Part shown: piece by piece, positions 26,170-40,206 of the stretch
How the letters are laid out: each line of letters starts with the position of its first letter
How positions within the stretch are numbered: position 1 is the stretch's first letter
DNA from: Octopus sinensis
Lineage: Eukaryota
Reading direction: 5' to 3'
DNA length: 64,000 bases
Assembly (NCBI RefSeq): GCF_006345805.1
Contig: NC_042997.1
Coordinates: forward strand, 130,386,001 to 130,450,000
The notes under the pieces: generated by a model
Databases searched by the model: none
The model's input: the letters and a program-made list of their open reading frames with translations, nothing else
Told to the model about the DNA's origin: nothing
Translations under genes and position numbers: made by a program

Positions 26170-27812
26170 ATCTGATTTGTCGTTAGCTTACTTCGACCCT
26201 GCATCGAAGATTGTTGTAGCTTCAGACGCTTCGGAATACAATATAGGAGCAGTAATGCTACATAAATATGAAGATGGTAACATAAAGGCGGTGGTTCATG
26301 CCTCATGTTCTCTGATGTCAGCAGAAAAAAATTATGGTCAGATCGAGAAAGAAGTTCTAGGGATCATTTTTGCCGTAAAAAAGTTCACAGATTTTTGCAC
26401 GGTGGAAGTTTCTGGCGACAGATCGACCACCGACCGTTATCATCGATATTTGGGTCGAAGAAAGGAATTTCTACCTATACTGTCTATAGGTTACAATGTT
26501 GGGCGACGATATTATTAAACTACGATTTCAAGATGGAGTATATACCATCCAAGAAATTAGGCCATGCAGATTGTCTATCAAGACTGAAAAACAAAATGCA
26601 GAGTCATTCGAAGATACTGTAATTGCTGCTTTGCGAGTGGAAAAGGAAATTAAAAATGTTCCGTGTAACGTTATTCGTGAACTGCCAGACATAAAATCAA
26701 ACTCAGAAAACGATAAATTCATTATAAAAATCAAAGAAACACTGAAGGTCAAAGAGAATAAAGATATGCACAACACAAATGTGAACTATTTCTCACTGTA
26801 CGACAATGTGTTGATGCATGCACAAAGAGTCGAGGTGCCGGCCGCACTACAAAAGCGTTTATTAACGGATTTCCGTATTGGTCACTCTGAGATTTCTAGA
26901 ATGAAATCACTTATGAGAAGTTACGTATATTGGCTTACATGGGACTGTGACATTGAAGGGTCAGTAAAATTCTGTAGAGGTTGAGCTCTTGCAGCCAAGT
27001 CACCACCTGTAAAATTCCAACCGTGACCTAAAACCGACAGTCCATATCACCCAAGATCAAACGGGTAAGCGGAAAGATTCGTGGATACAGTTAAAAGAGC
27101 ATTAAATAAATCAAGAAACGAGCTGGTCGATGATGCAGCATTGACACAATTCTTGAGAGTTTATAGGATAATACCAAACCCAAACACTTTTTCAGGCAAG
27201 TAACTTGCAGAACTAATGTTTGCTTGAAAAATAAAGTAAATTTTTGATAAGCTGTTACCAGCAAGAAAAACAAATAGGGAAAACACTGAGAATACGACAG
27301 TGAGAAGGTGTTTTTCAAAATATATAACAATGGAAGAGATGGTTGAGAAGACGGAGTAGTAACAAGAAGAATAGGCAAAATGACGTATATGGTTAGACAT
27401 CTAAATCAGCTAAAAAATAGATATACAGAAAAAAAGAAAAGAGATACCCATGGAAGTGTTCTATGACACCTTTGATGTTCCACCACCACAAGAAGTCGAA
27501 CATAGGCGTAGCAGCACAAGAAAGAGGAAACAAATTGAACGGTTGGAAGTAGTGTCTATACGGAAGAAATATTAAACTTCCCTAGGAAGAAAATCTCAAA
27601 AAGGGAGATGTGATGATAGAAAAAAAAAATGATAATATTAACTTCCAACGGAAGTCAATCTCAAAAGGGGAAGATGTTGTGGCGAGAATCATTGACACCC
27701 CTGTGAGATTGGAAAAATGGATTAGCCAAACTCTTATAAAAAGTAGTGTATTGGTCGAGACGAGGAGAAGTCGTAGGAGTTGTTGAGAGTTCATGGAAGT
27801 CGTTGAGATCAT
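26170..27812 (+). mobile_element. Gypsy/Ty3 LTR retrotransposon relic: RNase H, integrase pieces, PPT and start of 3' LTR
   Basis: LAYFDP..VVASDASEYNIGAV..NYGQIEKEVLGIIFAVKKF (RNase H); GHSEISRMKSLMRSYVYW..CRG (integrase Zn region); PYHPRSNG*AERFVDTVKRAL; PPT AAAAGGGGAAGA then TGTTG at 27675. Frameshifted, integrase core deleted. Confidence 0.93.
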
Positions 27813-27821
27813 TATATATAT

Positions 27822-27993
27822 AGTTGTAATTTACAGAAAAACAAAAGACGAAGACATGTGTACGAACAACAAGCAGGTGTATTAGTTTGACGTTCGGGAA
27901 AGTGAGAAAGTCTTTTATGTTTCAAGCCTATGCTCTTCAACAGAAAGGAATAAGAAAAAAATAAACAGAGAGAATAAAAAAAATTGTGGGTTT
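27822..27993 (-). mobile_element. Short Penelope-like terminal element, family P2, truncating the Gypsy 3' LTR
   Basis: Homologous to 39085-39276 and 41558-41733; motif at 27912-27947 reads CUUU-CUGUUGA-A-GAGC-auag-GCUU-GAAAC-AUA-AAAG on the minus strand. Confidence 0.55.
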
Positions 27994-28809
27994 AGCGATC
28001 AAGCATATATGTATGTATATACATATATATATGTATGTGTGTGTGTATGTATATGTGTGTGTGTGTGTATATATATATATGTGTGTATGTGTAGATAAAA
28101 GGAAAAATATCTTAAGAGAAATATTCAACATCTGTTCAATGTTAGACCAAATGCATGACTTTTACAGCAAAAAAAAAAAAACGCTATATAAAACACATTT
28201 TTACATCAAGTGAAAAACGAGACTTAATTTACAGAAAGCAAGACAATGTGGACTAGATTGCCTCATGTCAAACTACATGCTCCCTTCAGTTGCACAGACT
28301 CTTGAAGAAATAATATGACAGGCGTTTTTTTTTTTTGCTTTCAACAAGTCAAAGCTGTACCTCCCATCACTGTGCAAGTCGAAGGATGTGCATATCAGAT
28401 GTAACCCAATAGGTTAACAGAGACAAGAGTTCTATGATGGTCTGATTTTCTGCAAGCTGTGTTGCCTATCATTTAATAGTACTTTATATACACATGCATG
28501 TATATGTTTGCACACACATGCACACAAATACATAATTATATCCGTATTTAGTTCATAGATGAAAATCAGATAATCTCTGTATAGAAGACACTTAGCAGTG
28601 CTCAAGATATCTAAACTTGAGCAGGTATAAAAGTAAATGCAGGGATATGCAAGTTAGACGGATTAATATATAAAATATGTCAGATACATGAAATGGAAAG
28701 AATGTATATATGTATACATACAAAAAGGTCCGACTTACATAGAATGCAAAATGACAAAGAGAATTGAAGGAGTTGAAGAAAAGTATTATATTAGATATAT
28801 GAGTATGTG

Positions 28810-29505
<696 letters not shown>

Positions 29506-29516
29506 TTCCAACAGTG

Positions 29517-29784
29517 TTTTTTCAGTCATTGGACTGTGGCCATGATGGTGCATCACCTTGAAGGGTTTATTCAAGCAAATCAACCCCCAGTATTTATTTT
29601 TTTAAAGTCTGGTACCTATACCATTGGTTTCTTTTGCCGACCTGCTAAGTTATGGTGACATAAACCAACCAACACCAGTTGTCAAGTGGTGATAGGGTAC
29701 AAACACAAAGATACACGCATGTAAGATATATACATACGCACACACACATGTACAAACACTCACATGTATACATACATACATACG

Positions 29785-29822
<38 letters not shown>

Positions 29823-29982
29823 AGGGTTTTTCTGTTTCTGTCTACCAAATCAAATCCACTCACAAGGCTTTGGTTGGTCGAGAGTTATAGGAGAAGACAC
29901 TTATCTAACATGTCACACAGTGGGACTGAACCTAGAACCATATATTTGAGAAGTATGCTCCTCACCACATAGCCATGCCCAT
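29517..29982 (-). mobile_element. SINE family A variant
   Basis: Reverse complement of head, core and tail. Confidence 0.75.
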
Positions 29983-30934
29983 GTATATATAGATACATGT
30001 GTAAGTGCATGTCTCTGTCTGTGTATATATATTTATGCTTATGTGTATGTCTGTATAAATTTTTAAGCCTTCAGCATAGTCTCTGCCCTACAATTCTTTA
30101 AGTCTCAAACATGTTAACAGTTAACAGTTATTTATGAAGAAGCAGTATTGTTTAAAATCCCCATAAAAGCTATAAATTTGAAGAAATATAACACCTGCTG
30201 TTTGCCATGTCTTTTAAAACTTCTACTTCCTTTCTCCAGAAGGTTTATTTTTTTTTAAATGTTTTCACTTGAGAATCTTGTGAAATCCTGTTAAACTCAG
30301 ATAGTGTTTCATAGACCCACCCAATTCCAAGATTTTGGCCAAACAAACAACTGTAATCCTTTCTGCTTAACTTTTGTATAAATAATTACACAATATCACT
30401 GATATTCTTATAACTATAAATCTGTAAATGTACTTATATGTGAGTGTAAGCTTTGTATATCTATGTTACTATATATGTACATGTACTGTATGTATGTGTG
30501 TGTGTGTGTGTACTTATGTATGCTTGTATGTACATATAACGTATAAATGTTTGCATGTGCTGCGTATATAAGATCAGTATATATGGTGCAGTTTATATGT
30601 AGGGACCTATGGATATACAGCATATGTATAACATACATATGCTCTTGTATATGTAGAATATATATGCAATGTAAAGCTCAGCATGTAACCAGAGTTCAGG
30701 CTCAATTGTAGGTCCTGCACTTCATTTCTATATCCAATGTGGTATGATGTGGGACATCAACTCAGGAGGATAAGCTGCAGTGCGGAATATGAGCCACAAA
30801 ATGTGTGGTATTTTATGTTTTATAAAACATACATGTGCTTGAGGAAATTACTTCCAGGATTACATAAATTATATAAGTGTTTGTTGAAACATTATATAAT
30901 CTTGTTAACTACATCCTTAGTGTTTAGCAACAAA

Positions 30935-31115
30935 TACAAGAAGTGATGTTGTTGATGTATGCTGCATACAAAAGGTAAGATGGAGAAGAGCTTCAGCTAG
31001 GGTCCTCACAGGCAAGGCACATAGATATAAAGTCTTCTGCCAAGGTAACATGGATGGAGTAGGGGGTGTAGGCATACTCCTTGCAGAGAAATGGGTGGAT
31101 AATGTCATAGAGGTT
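30935..31115 (+). mobile_element. RTE LINE AP-endonuclease fragment
   Basis: Translates to [57 protein letters not shown], matching the endonuclease N-terminal pattern (CC.QE.RW..GGVGILL). Confidence 0.8.
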
Positions 31116-31290
31116 TTATTTGTTTATTTGCGTCACTATCTCCATATCTACTCACTTGAATTCCTCTTATAACCACGCTTTACTCTGCAGACTTAGTCCT
31201 TGGCAAAGATTTCAGAGTGTAAGTTCAAATCATTGGAGTACTGCTGTTTCCTATATTGAACATCTCTGGATCTCATCTGTTGAATCTCTC

Positions 31291-31562
<272 letters not shown>

Positions 31563-31940
31563 GTATATGACAAGGAACTGAGAGTTGTGATGATATGTTG
31601 TACTTGAGAAGACACATCAAGCTAAGTAAAATCATGGTCGTCCATCCATACAGGAATGTCCTTTATAGGTGTTGAAGCCATATAAAAAAATACACTTGCG
31701 CTGGTGCTGCCAGTGGTACATGAAAAGCACATGAAAAGCATCAACACCTATGCCAGTGGCACATGAAAAGCACACAGCTCACTCTGTAAAGCGGTTGGCA
31801 TTCAGAAAGACATCCAGCCATAGAAATCATGTCAAAACAGACAACTAGAGTCTGGACAGCTCCCCAGTTGACCAGCTTTTGTTAAACCATCCAACCCATG
31901 TCATCCTGGAAAATGCACATCTATATCTATCTATCTATCA

Positions 31941-31984
<44 letters not shown>

Positions 31985-32017
31985 ATGTGTATGTATATAT
32001 ATATATATATATATATA

Positions 32018-32078
<61 letters not shown>

Positions 32079-34329
32079 GTATATATAAATACATATATAT
32101 ATGTATATATAATACATATACATATATCATCTTCATCATCCTTTAATGTTGTTTTCAATGCTGGCAAAAGTTCTTGAATAGTACATAGAATATGCACAGT
32201 GGACTTTGTTGTAAAAAAGAAAATAAATAAATAAACAAATAGAGGTGGCGGGCTTCAGGTGTACTGTTGGTGAATTTCAGGAAACATGGAAGCTTTGAAG
32301 GATGTAGTGTCTCAACAGCTAACATCTGACACAAGCAGTTTATTCTATGCTTCAGTAATTTTGAGCATGAAAAAATGTTTCCAAAAATCATGGGTGCTGT
32401 ATTGTATTTTGATTTTGTAAGTATGTCCATGTGTGTTAGACATGAAATTTAAAAAGCTTCCCAAGGTGGATATTCTTGTGGGTGTCTACCAAGTTGTCAA
32501 ATGTCATACAAAGTATGATAGGTACCTGGTGATGGAATTGAACCCAAGACCACACGGCTGGGAAGCAAACTTTTTAACCACATAGCCATTCCTGTTTTCT
32601 AATTAATTCCTTGTAGAATTTAATCAATGTGCGCCTTGTTTACTGGGTAGGCCCATGTGTTGACTAGCTTCCTTACCAGTTCATCCGTTTTTAAGAGCAA
32701 GAAAATGTAGAAAATAAAATCTACGACTTACAACTGGTTGAAATCGTGTTATATTACAGTGATTTAATCCTGTTTTTTCAGGCCACTCTTTTTGTTTTTG
32801 CTTTTTACTGCTAGCTTTAGTGAAATACATACATAAATACATATACATACATATGCATGCACACACACACACACACACACACACGGATAGACACAGGCAC
32901 TTTTACGTATGTAATATATATGGACATAAATACTTCTAGCCTTCACTACACATACATGCATACTTTGTATATCTTTCTCTCCCTCACACGCACGTTTGTA
33001 AACAACTCAGGCATAAGTGTACATACACAGGCAATACATCCAATCAAATTTATTTATTCATGTTTGGCCAAGAATTTTTTCAACTATTTATTTCAATTTT
33101 GTTTTCCCCATTTGTTTATTTAATGGTTTTTTTAACATCTCTGTTTGGAATCTGGCTGATAAAAACGACATCCTTTCACTACTTGTGAGAAATTGATTTG
33201 ATTGGTCTTTTGGAGTGTTGCACATTTAAAAATTAAATTAACAATCACCACCATCTAACCTTAAGTCGCTCCCACCTCAATACCAGCCACCTGTCACCAA
33301 AACCACCACCATTGTCACTGAGACTGCCAACACCACCATCACTACCACCACCAACCACCAACCACCCCACTACCTCCCTTGCCAACATCATTTCCACTGC
33401 TACCAGTTAAAGATCTCGATGGCAGCCACAAAATGCATGTTATTTTACTTAGAATTTAGAATCTTGTTTATTTCCTTTCCTTGTTGTTATTTCTAACTTT
33501 TCACTCTGTTTAGGTTCAAGGGTGACACACAGCCCTTCCATTCCCCTACTTCTACCTCCCACAACACACACTTGTACATACATATACATCTAGGAATAAA
33601 CTTGCATCAACACTAAACATAATGTTTTGTTGTGTATTCTCACCAAATGCTACCAAAATAAGAACTGACTCTTATAATGAAATCCTTAACTGGGATGGGT
33701 GATTGGCACAATCATTATTAGAGTGTTGAATACATTCTGATGGATTTTAATGCTCTGAGTTTAAGTTCTACAAAAGTCAGCTTTGCTTTTCCTCCCTCAG
33801 GGGTTGTTAAAATAAAGTACCAATTAAGTACCAGAATCAATTTAATCATAATGTGAATGGTGTGAAAGCACCATGGATATGTGCACGTTTGTGTGTATAC
33901 ACACACACACACACACATATGTAAACAGAGTTAGTGATTATAGTAACCGACTAAGAGATAAAATATCTGTATATACTATTGGTATCCGTTACCTGTATTA
34001 CCCTGGGCAATGATGTGCAGGCACACCATACACATAGAGTGCAGATAACAGGATAAACAAGAGTTTATCAGGAACAATTAGAAAATAGAGAAAACCACAG
34101 ATTAACCGACACACTGCTTGGACCACATTTATAGCTTATTTTTTAATACAACACGTAACATAACAAAATATGTGACCTAAAATATTTTACAGCCATTACT
34201 GATCGGATTGCCAGAATGTAGTCTATATATAAATGAGGAGTGCATTGCATTACATAAATATATTTCAAATATTTAAAAACACAAATAATGGAAATATTAC
34301 AAAAATGTAACAAACAAAAAATTAGGAGC

Positions 34330-34440
34330 TTATTCCTCATCAGACAATGTCCAACAGACCATTACAATTTCCCGTCTGTAGAAGATGGCAGGTTGCGTCT
34401 GGAGCCAAGACTTTACCTTGGAAATAAATTCATCATCCTT
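34330..34440 (-). mobile_element. Mariner transposase C-terminal remnant
   Basis: DDEFISKVKSWLQTQPAIFYRREI resembles the V..WL..QP..FY..GI C-terminus. Confidence 0.5.
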
Positions 34441-35443
34441 TCCTGTCATACCCATTTAATCTTCTCTTCTAACCATTCCTTATCCCTCTGTCTAGAATCA
34501 TCATCCACTCTGTATTCTGTTCTCTCTTAGTTATGGCAGTGGTGGCGGCGGTGGTAGTGGTGGTGGTGGGGCATTAGGGGCATTAGGCGCTTAGTGTTTA
34601 AGTTACAAGGTGTTCTTCACTAATGCTTGTGTCATGAAAAAGTGAACAGAACACTCTTTAAAGATGTTGGCATTAGGAAGAAGGGGATCCAGCTATAGAA
34701 GCCATGCCAAAGTAGATACTGAAGCATGATGCTGTCCTTCAACTTGACAGATTTTGCTGTTGATGTTGCATTCATTGTGAGTCATTATCCTGTTTGCGAG
34801 GTCAAGTCATAGTGGTAGGTTGATATGGCTGTTGTGAATGTTGTTAACGTTGGTATGGTTGGTATGGCATCACTGACTGTCGTTGTATCAATGATGACGT
34901 CAAGAATTACGTCAAGAGGAAATTGATGTCCTGATAATGATAAAGAATATAACAGTAATACTTGCTTTCATAGTTACAAGCCCTGTAATTTAGAGAACGG
35001 AAATAGTTGACTACATCAATCTCAGTAGAGACTGGTATTTTTATTTTATCAACATTGGAAGAGTGAACGGCTAAGTTGACCAAAGATCAGAACATAGACA
35101 CAGACACGGCTGTGGGATTGAGAAGCTTGCTTGCTATCCAGGTGATCATACATTCAGTCCCACTGTGTGACAACTTGGGCAAGTGTCTTCTACAATAGCC
35201 TCAGGCTGACCAAAGCCTTGTGAGTGGATTTGGTAGATGGAAACTGAAAGAAGCCCATATAAAGATATGGCAACAGTCCGGATACTTATTGATCACACCT
35301 AGTTGTATGTATGTTTTATATATATATTGTATTATACTATATCACATATATATAGAGAGAGCAATAAGAAAATGGAGGGGAACAATAGGTGGTTCATTGG
35401 ATATTATCCCTTTGTTGGTTGGATTCACAACCTCTAGCTTTCT

Positions 35444-36025
35444 TTGAATATATATATATAATCAGTATACGACTTAATTTATTAAACTAAGTTTAACAAA
35501 TCAATTCATGTTTATGAAATGAAGGAGATTGGCAGTTAAAATGAATTATAATTTTGTAATTCATTTTTCATTTTCCTATACAATAGATCCAGATATTCAT
35601 AAATATAACATCTTAATTGGCAAACTTGTACTCCTCAGTAGGTAATATTTTAAGGAAAAATAAAGATGTTTAAAGTATATAGGTTTTTTTTCTTAGTTAT
35701 CATTTTAGATAATTTATATATTCGTTCTTTCAGTCATGCTTATTTGAATCTAGACTAAAAAAATAAATAGGTTGTGGGTACTGGTATATCATATATTTAA
35801 TTTGACTTTTCTCCCCGTGAAATCAAACTAAATATAAAATATACTAGCACCCACATACTATTTATTTTTTTTAGTCTACATTTAAATAAGATTCAAATAT
35901 AGGAATATGAAAAAAAAATAACAACACTATAATCCATTTTAACATCCAATCTCCTTCATTTCATAAATGTGAATAAATTTGTTGAACTCTATTTGATAAG
36001 TTGAGTCATACACTGATTATTTCAA
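35444..36025. mobile_element. Degenerate AT-rich foldback element with two nested pairs of inverted arms
   Basis: 35461-35550 pairs with 35928-36017 (e.g. ttatgaaatgaaggagattgg / ccaatctccttcatttcataa); 35739-35789 pairs with 35840-35890. Confidence 0.7.
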
Positions 36026-36149
36026 TACAATGCCAATTTTTAAAAAATTGGAAGTAACGTATGAAGACATTAGAAATCTAAGGAAAAATTTCCAATTAAA
36101 GGACGAACATACATTCATCTGATAATATATATATATATATATATAAAAA

Positions 36150-36482
36150 GGGTAAAGACCCCCTTCGGTCATGAATGACCATGGGATTGCACCTAGAAAG
36201 TTACCCTCCTAGACACAAGTCTGGGCAAGGTTGTTTTTATGGAAGGCCAGCAGTCGCCCATGCATACCAGCCTCCCCTCTCCACGCCACCAGTGTTATCC
36301 AAGGGAAAGACAAAGGTCGATACAGCTTGGCACCAGTGACGTCGCAACTCATTTCTACAGCTGAGTGAACTGGAGCAACGTGAAATAAAGTGCCTTGCTC
36401 GAGAACACAACACGCAGCCCAGTCCGGGATTCGAGCTCACAACCTCACGATCGTAAGCTCGACGCTCTAACCACTGAGCCAC
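36150..36482 (-). mobile_element. Full-length tRNA-derived SINE, family C
   Basis: Head gtggctcagtggttagagcgtcgagc..tcgaatcccgga, core gtgttctcgagcaaggcactttatttcacg; copy at 59886. Confidence 0.85.
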
Positions 36483-36493
36483 ATACATATCTG

Positions 36494-36541
<48 letters not shown>

Positions 36542-36596
36542 ATATATGTATTTATATGTATTTATATATATATATATATGTATTTATATATATATG

Positions 36597-36638
<42 letters not shown>

Positions 36639-36754
36639 TATGCATACATATATGTATTTATATATATATTATATATTATACACACATATACATATACATA
36701 TATAGATACATATATATACATACATATATGTATTATATATATATGTATATATAT

Positions 36755-36877
36755 TCCGACGAAGAGCTCCGCTCGAAACGTCATACCCTCCTTCTTCCAT
36801 TTTCCTGAGCGCCTAATAATAATAATACTGTAATTGTTCCACGTGTTGTTGTTTTTTCTGTTTTCCCGTTTGGATTA

Positions 36878-36880
<3 letters not shown>
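36755..36880 (+). mobile_element. Short Penelope-like terminal element, family P1, between (TA)n tracts
   Basis: CCGACGA-A-GAGC-ucc-GCUC-GAAAC-GUC at 36756-36782; downstream sequence homologous to 24490-24600. Confidence 0.55.
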
Positions 36881-36908
<28 letters not shown>

Positions 36909-37779
36909 GCGTGTGTGTGTGTATGTATATGTGTATGTGTATGTATTTATATATGTATGAGTGTGTGTTTTCATGCTTGTGTTGTATTTGGTTTAGGTAG
37001 GAGGAACTGAAGTATGATTTTTATGCCCAGGTGCTCTTCCTGTCGCCAACCTTTGCCTGTTTTCCAACTAAAGGATTTCTTCTCATTCTTGAAGAATTTG
37101 AAAGCACACAGAGTCAGTCAATGATTAATTGAGAGGAAAATATCAACAAATGGTACTGGTTGCTGCCCAAGAATAAGTAATGACATCATTGTTAACAGCT
37201 GAGCCGTGACAGTGATGTCATCATTTGCTTCCATACTTCAGCTTAGCTTTGTTAACATCCACATACACATACACACACACACACTCACATGCACATACAC
37301 GCATACACACACATGCACACAAACTCACACACACATGCACATACATACACACGCACACACACACATGTACACACATGAACACACGTGCATGCTCACACAT
37401 AAACACATGCACACACACACATTTTATAGATCTCTGCTTGACGAACTGCTAACTTTGAGACATAGTAGGGCACAGTACTCAATTTAACAACAAATGTAAA
37501 CACTCAGACACACCACACACACACACACACACACACACACATTAGATGCAAGAATGACTGTGTGGCTGAAGAGTTTGCTTCGCAACCACATGGCTCCATG
37601 TTGAGTTCCTCTGAATGGTACCTTGGGCAAGTTTTCTACTATAGCCCTAGGCCAACCACAGACTTATGACGGAATTTGGTAGATGGAAACTGTAGCATTG
37701 TTCATCAGAAAATGACTGAAAAACATGTTTATAAAGAAGAGTTGTTTGCTTCATACTCCTTGTGTGCCGATTCTGCCCA

Positions 37780-37879
37780 TAAGAAAGAAACGAATAATAC
37801 AATGTAACTGTATACAATGAATAATACAATGAATAATACAATGTAACAATAACGTGGCAACGCCAGGATACATTGCTAG
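37780..37879 (+). mobile_element. Helitron 3' end fragment
   Basis: cgtggcaacgccagg hairpin then atacattgCTAG|T. Confidence 0.55.
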
Positions 37880-38007
37880 TTTATATGTACAGACATATAT
37901 ATATATAAACAAAATCGAACCCACATACTCAGAGTTTGTGTGTTGTTTGTTTGTGGGTTGGCTTCATTTTAGGTGTAAGAGAAAATGTCCATAATAAATT
38001 TATATAT

Positions 38008-38308
38008 ATATAGAGTGAGGTCGTTGCCAGTGCCGCTGGACTGGCTCCTGTGCAGGTGGCACGTAAAAAATACCATTTAAGCATGGCCATTGCCAGTACC
38101 ACCTGACTGGCCCTCGTGTTGGTGGCATGTAAAAGCACCCACTACACTCTGAGAGTGGTTGGCATTAGAAAGGGCATCCAGTGGTAGAAACTCTGCCAGA
38201 TCAGATTGGAGCCTAGTGCAGCCATCTGGTTTGCCTGACTTCAATCAAATCTTCCAACCCGTGCTAGCATGGAAAGCGGACGTTAAACGATGATGATGAT
38301 GATGATGA
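38008..38308 (+). mobile_element. RTE 3' tail (family B)
   Basis: Standard tail plus (GAT)n. Confidence 0.75.
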
Positions 38309-38676
38309 GGCACAGGAGTGGCTGTGTGGTAAGTAGCTTGCTAACCAACCACATGGTTCTGGGTTCATTCCCACTGCTATAGCCCCGGTCCGACCAATGC
38401 CTTGTGAGTGTATTTGGTAGACGGAAACTGAAAGAAGCCTGTCGAATATATGTATATATATATAAGTGTGTGTGTATGTGTTTGTCCCCCTAGCATTGCT
38501 TGACAACCGATGCTGGTGTGTTTACGTCCCCGTCACTTAGCGGTTCGGCAAAAGAGGCCGATAGAATAAGTACTGGGCTTACAAAGAATAAGTCCCGGGG
38601 TCGATTTGCTCGACTAAAGGCGGTGCTCCAGCATGGCCACAGTCAAATGACTGAAACAAGTAAAAGAGTTAAAGAG
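38309..38676 (+). mobile_element. SINE family A
   Basis: Head, core with a small deletion, and tail. Confidence 0.85.
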
Positions 38677-38694
38677 TATATATATATATATATG

Positions 38695-38964
38695 TTATAA
38701 AGTAAGAGCAGGAAAAATTACATTAAAAAAATCATCACAAATTATATACATCCAAAATAATATTGTATTAATAGATAGATATATTAATATATAAAGTACG
38801 TAAGTTTATTTAAAAAGTTTTAACTATCTTATAATCATTTAAAACTTCTTAAATATAATCATACTTTATATATTTAATTATCTATCTATTAATGCAATAC
38901 TATTTTGGACGCATATCTTCTGTGATGATTTTTTGATGTAATTTTTTCTGCTCTTATTTTATAA
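38695..38964. mobile_element. AT-rich foldback/MITE-like palindrome (~270 bp)
   Basis: ttataaagtaagagcaggaaaaattacatt..attaatagataga pairs with tctatctattaat..atgtaattttttctgctcttattttataa. Confidence 0.75.
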
Positions 38965-39084
38965 TATATAATCACTTTTATTTAATGTTAAGGTTTTAGA
39001 CATTTCCCTACCAAGAGTACTTATTCAAAATTCAGTATACTGTATTCTCATTGAATACGTTCGATTAACTATATATATATATAT

Positions 39085-39276
39085 CAGTCGCCATGATAGT
39101 TTGTTAGCCACTACACACATTTTCTTCTCTCCTTGTTTTTTTCTGTGTCCCTTTCTGTAGAAGAGCGTAGGCTCGAAATGTAAAAGACTTTTTCTATTCC
39201 TGAGCATTATACTAATACATCTGTTTGTTTTGTACATCACCTGTCTTTGTCTTTTGTTTTTTTCATAAACTCTCCC
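39085..39276 (+). mobile_element. Short Penelope-like terminal element, family P2, between (TA)n tracts
   Basis: Motif at 39151-39186: CUUU-CUGUAGA-A-GAGC-guag-GCUC-GAAAU-GUA-AAAG. Confidence 0.55.
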
Positions 39277-39772
39277 TATATATATATATATATATACACA
39301 TATGCACACATATACATATATATGGGGCTTGGTGCAGACCGCTGGCTTGCCAGCACCTGTCAATCTGTCCAACACTTGCCAGCATGAAAGATGGATATTA
39401 AATGAGGATGATAATGATGATGATGATGATGGTTCCCTCACCAGGTATTGGTCAGCCCAGGATTATCATAAAAAGTATTTGCTTCCTTGTTTTATACACA
39501 CATACTTTTCAAATATTTCCTAGACATCCAGTCATAAACTTTGGTAAACATTCAAACGGTATTTTGTTATTACATTTTTCTAATTTGCGGGGTATTTTTT
39601 AAAATTTCGTATAACGTGTGGAAAAAGGAAAATTAGGGAAGTAGTCAGAAAGTAATGACATCACAGTTAATATCTGGAAAGTGAATTAAGCAATTTATAA
39701 ATAGATTCAATAAGTACAGGTAAGGAAAAGTTCAAATGTTTTCATATGTGTATTTCTGAGTGATTTCAACAG

Positions 39773-40206
39773 ATTATATTTTTTGTTTTGGGCTTACCAT
39801 TTTCTGCGTAGAATTTTTTCTTAATTTCAATGCATTGGAACCACAAATAGCAGTTTGCTGTTCAAAACAAGGTATGTAATGGCAGTTGAACAGTGATTCA
39901 CCTGGATTTTTGCTATACTTAGTTGCAAAATTTATATTTTGGTCACCATATTTGAAGAGTCAAGAACAATGCATCACTTAGGTTCACTTTCACTTGTATC
40001 TGCATCGACTGAGTTGTGTGTGTGTCTAATAATGTTATTCCAAGTCAATGGTGTGTTTTGCATACCTTTTTTTTCTATTAGGAGGATTTTTTTCTCTCAA
40101 GACAATTTCTGTAGTGGATGTCTTTCCATGTACGAGTGTACATGAACATATTAAATATGATTGTACACACCTACATTTCACTAAACATTGCTTAGTGTAC
40201 CTATAA
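39773..40206 (+). other. Candidate two-exon coding fragment (39773-39871 and 40082-40206); product unknown
   Basis: caacag|..AAG|gtatgt and ttttttttctattag|. The exons join in frame as YIFCFGLTIFCVEFFLNFNALEPQIAVCCSKQGGFFSLKTISVVDVFP..VYL*. No family recognised. Confidence 0.2.

Noticed and set aside
31156-31280. Minus-strand segment with ag|ATG start and CAA|gtgagt donor
   Set aside because: All three frames contain stops; at most a non-coding exon, with no supporting evidence.
32281-32416. Open frame between ag| and |gtaagt (NMEALKDVVSQQLTSD..)
   Set aside because: No recognisable homology and no phase-compatible partner exon identified; the composition looks like a decayed interspersed repeat.
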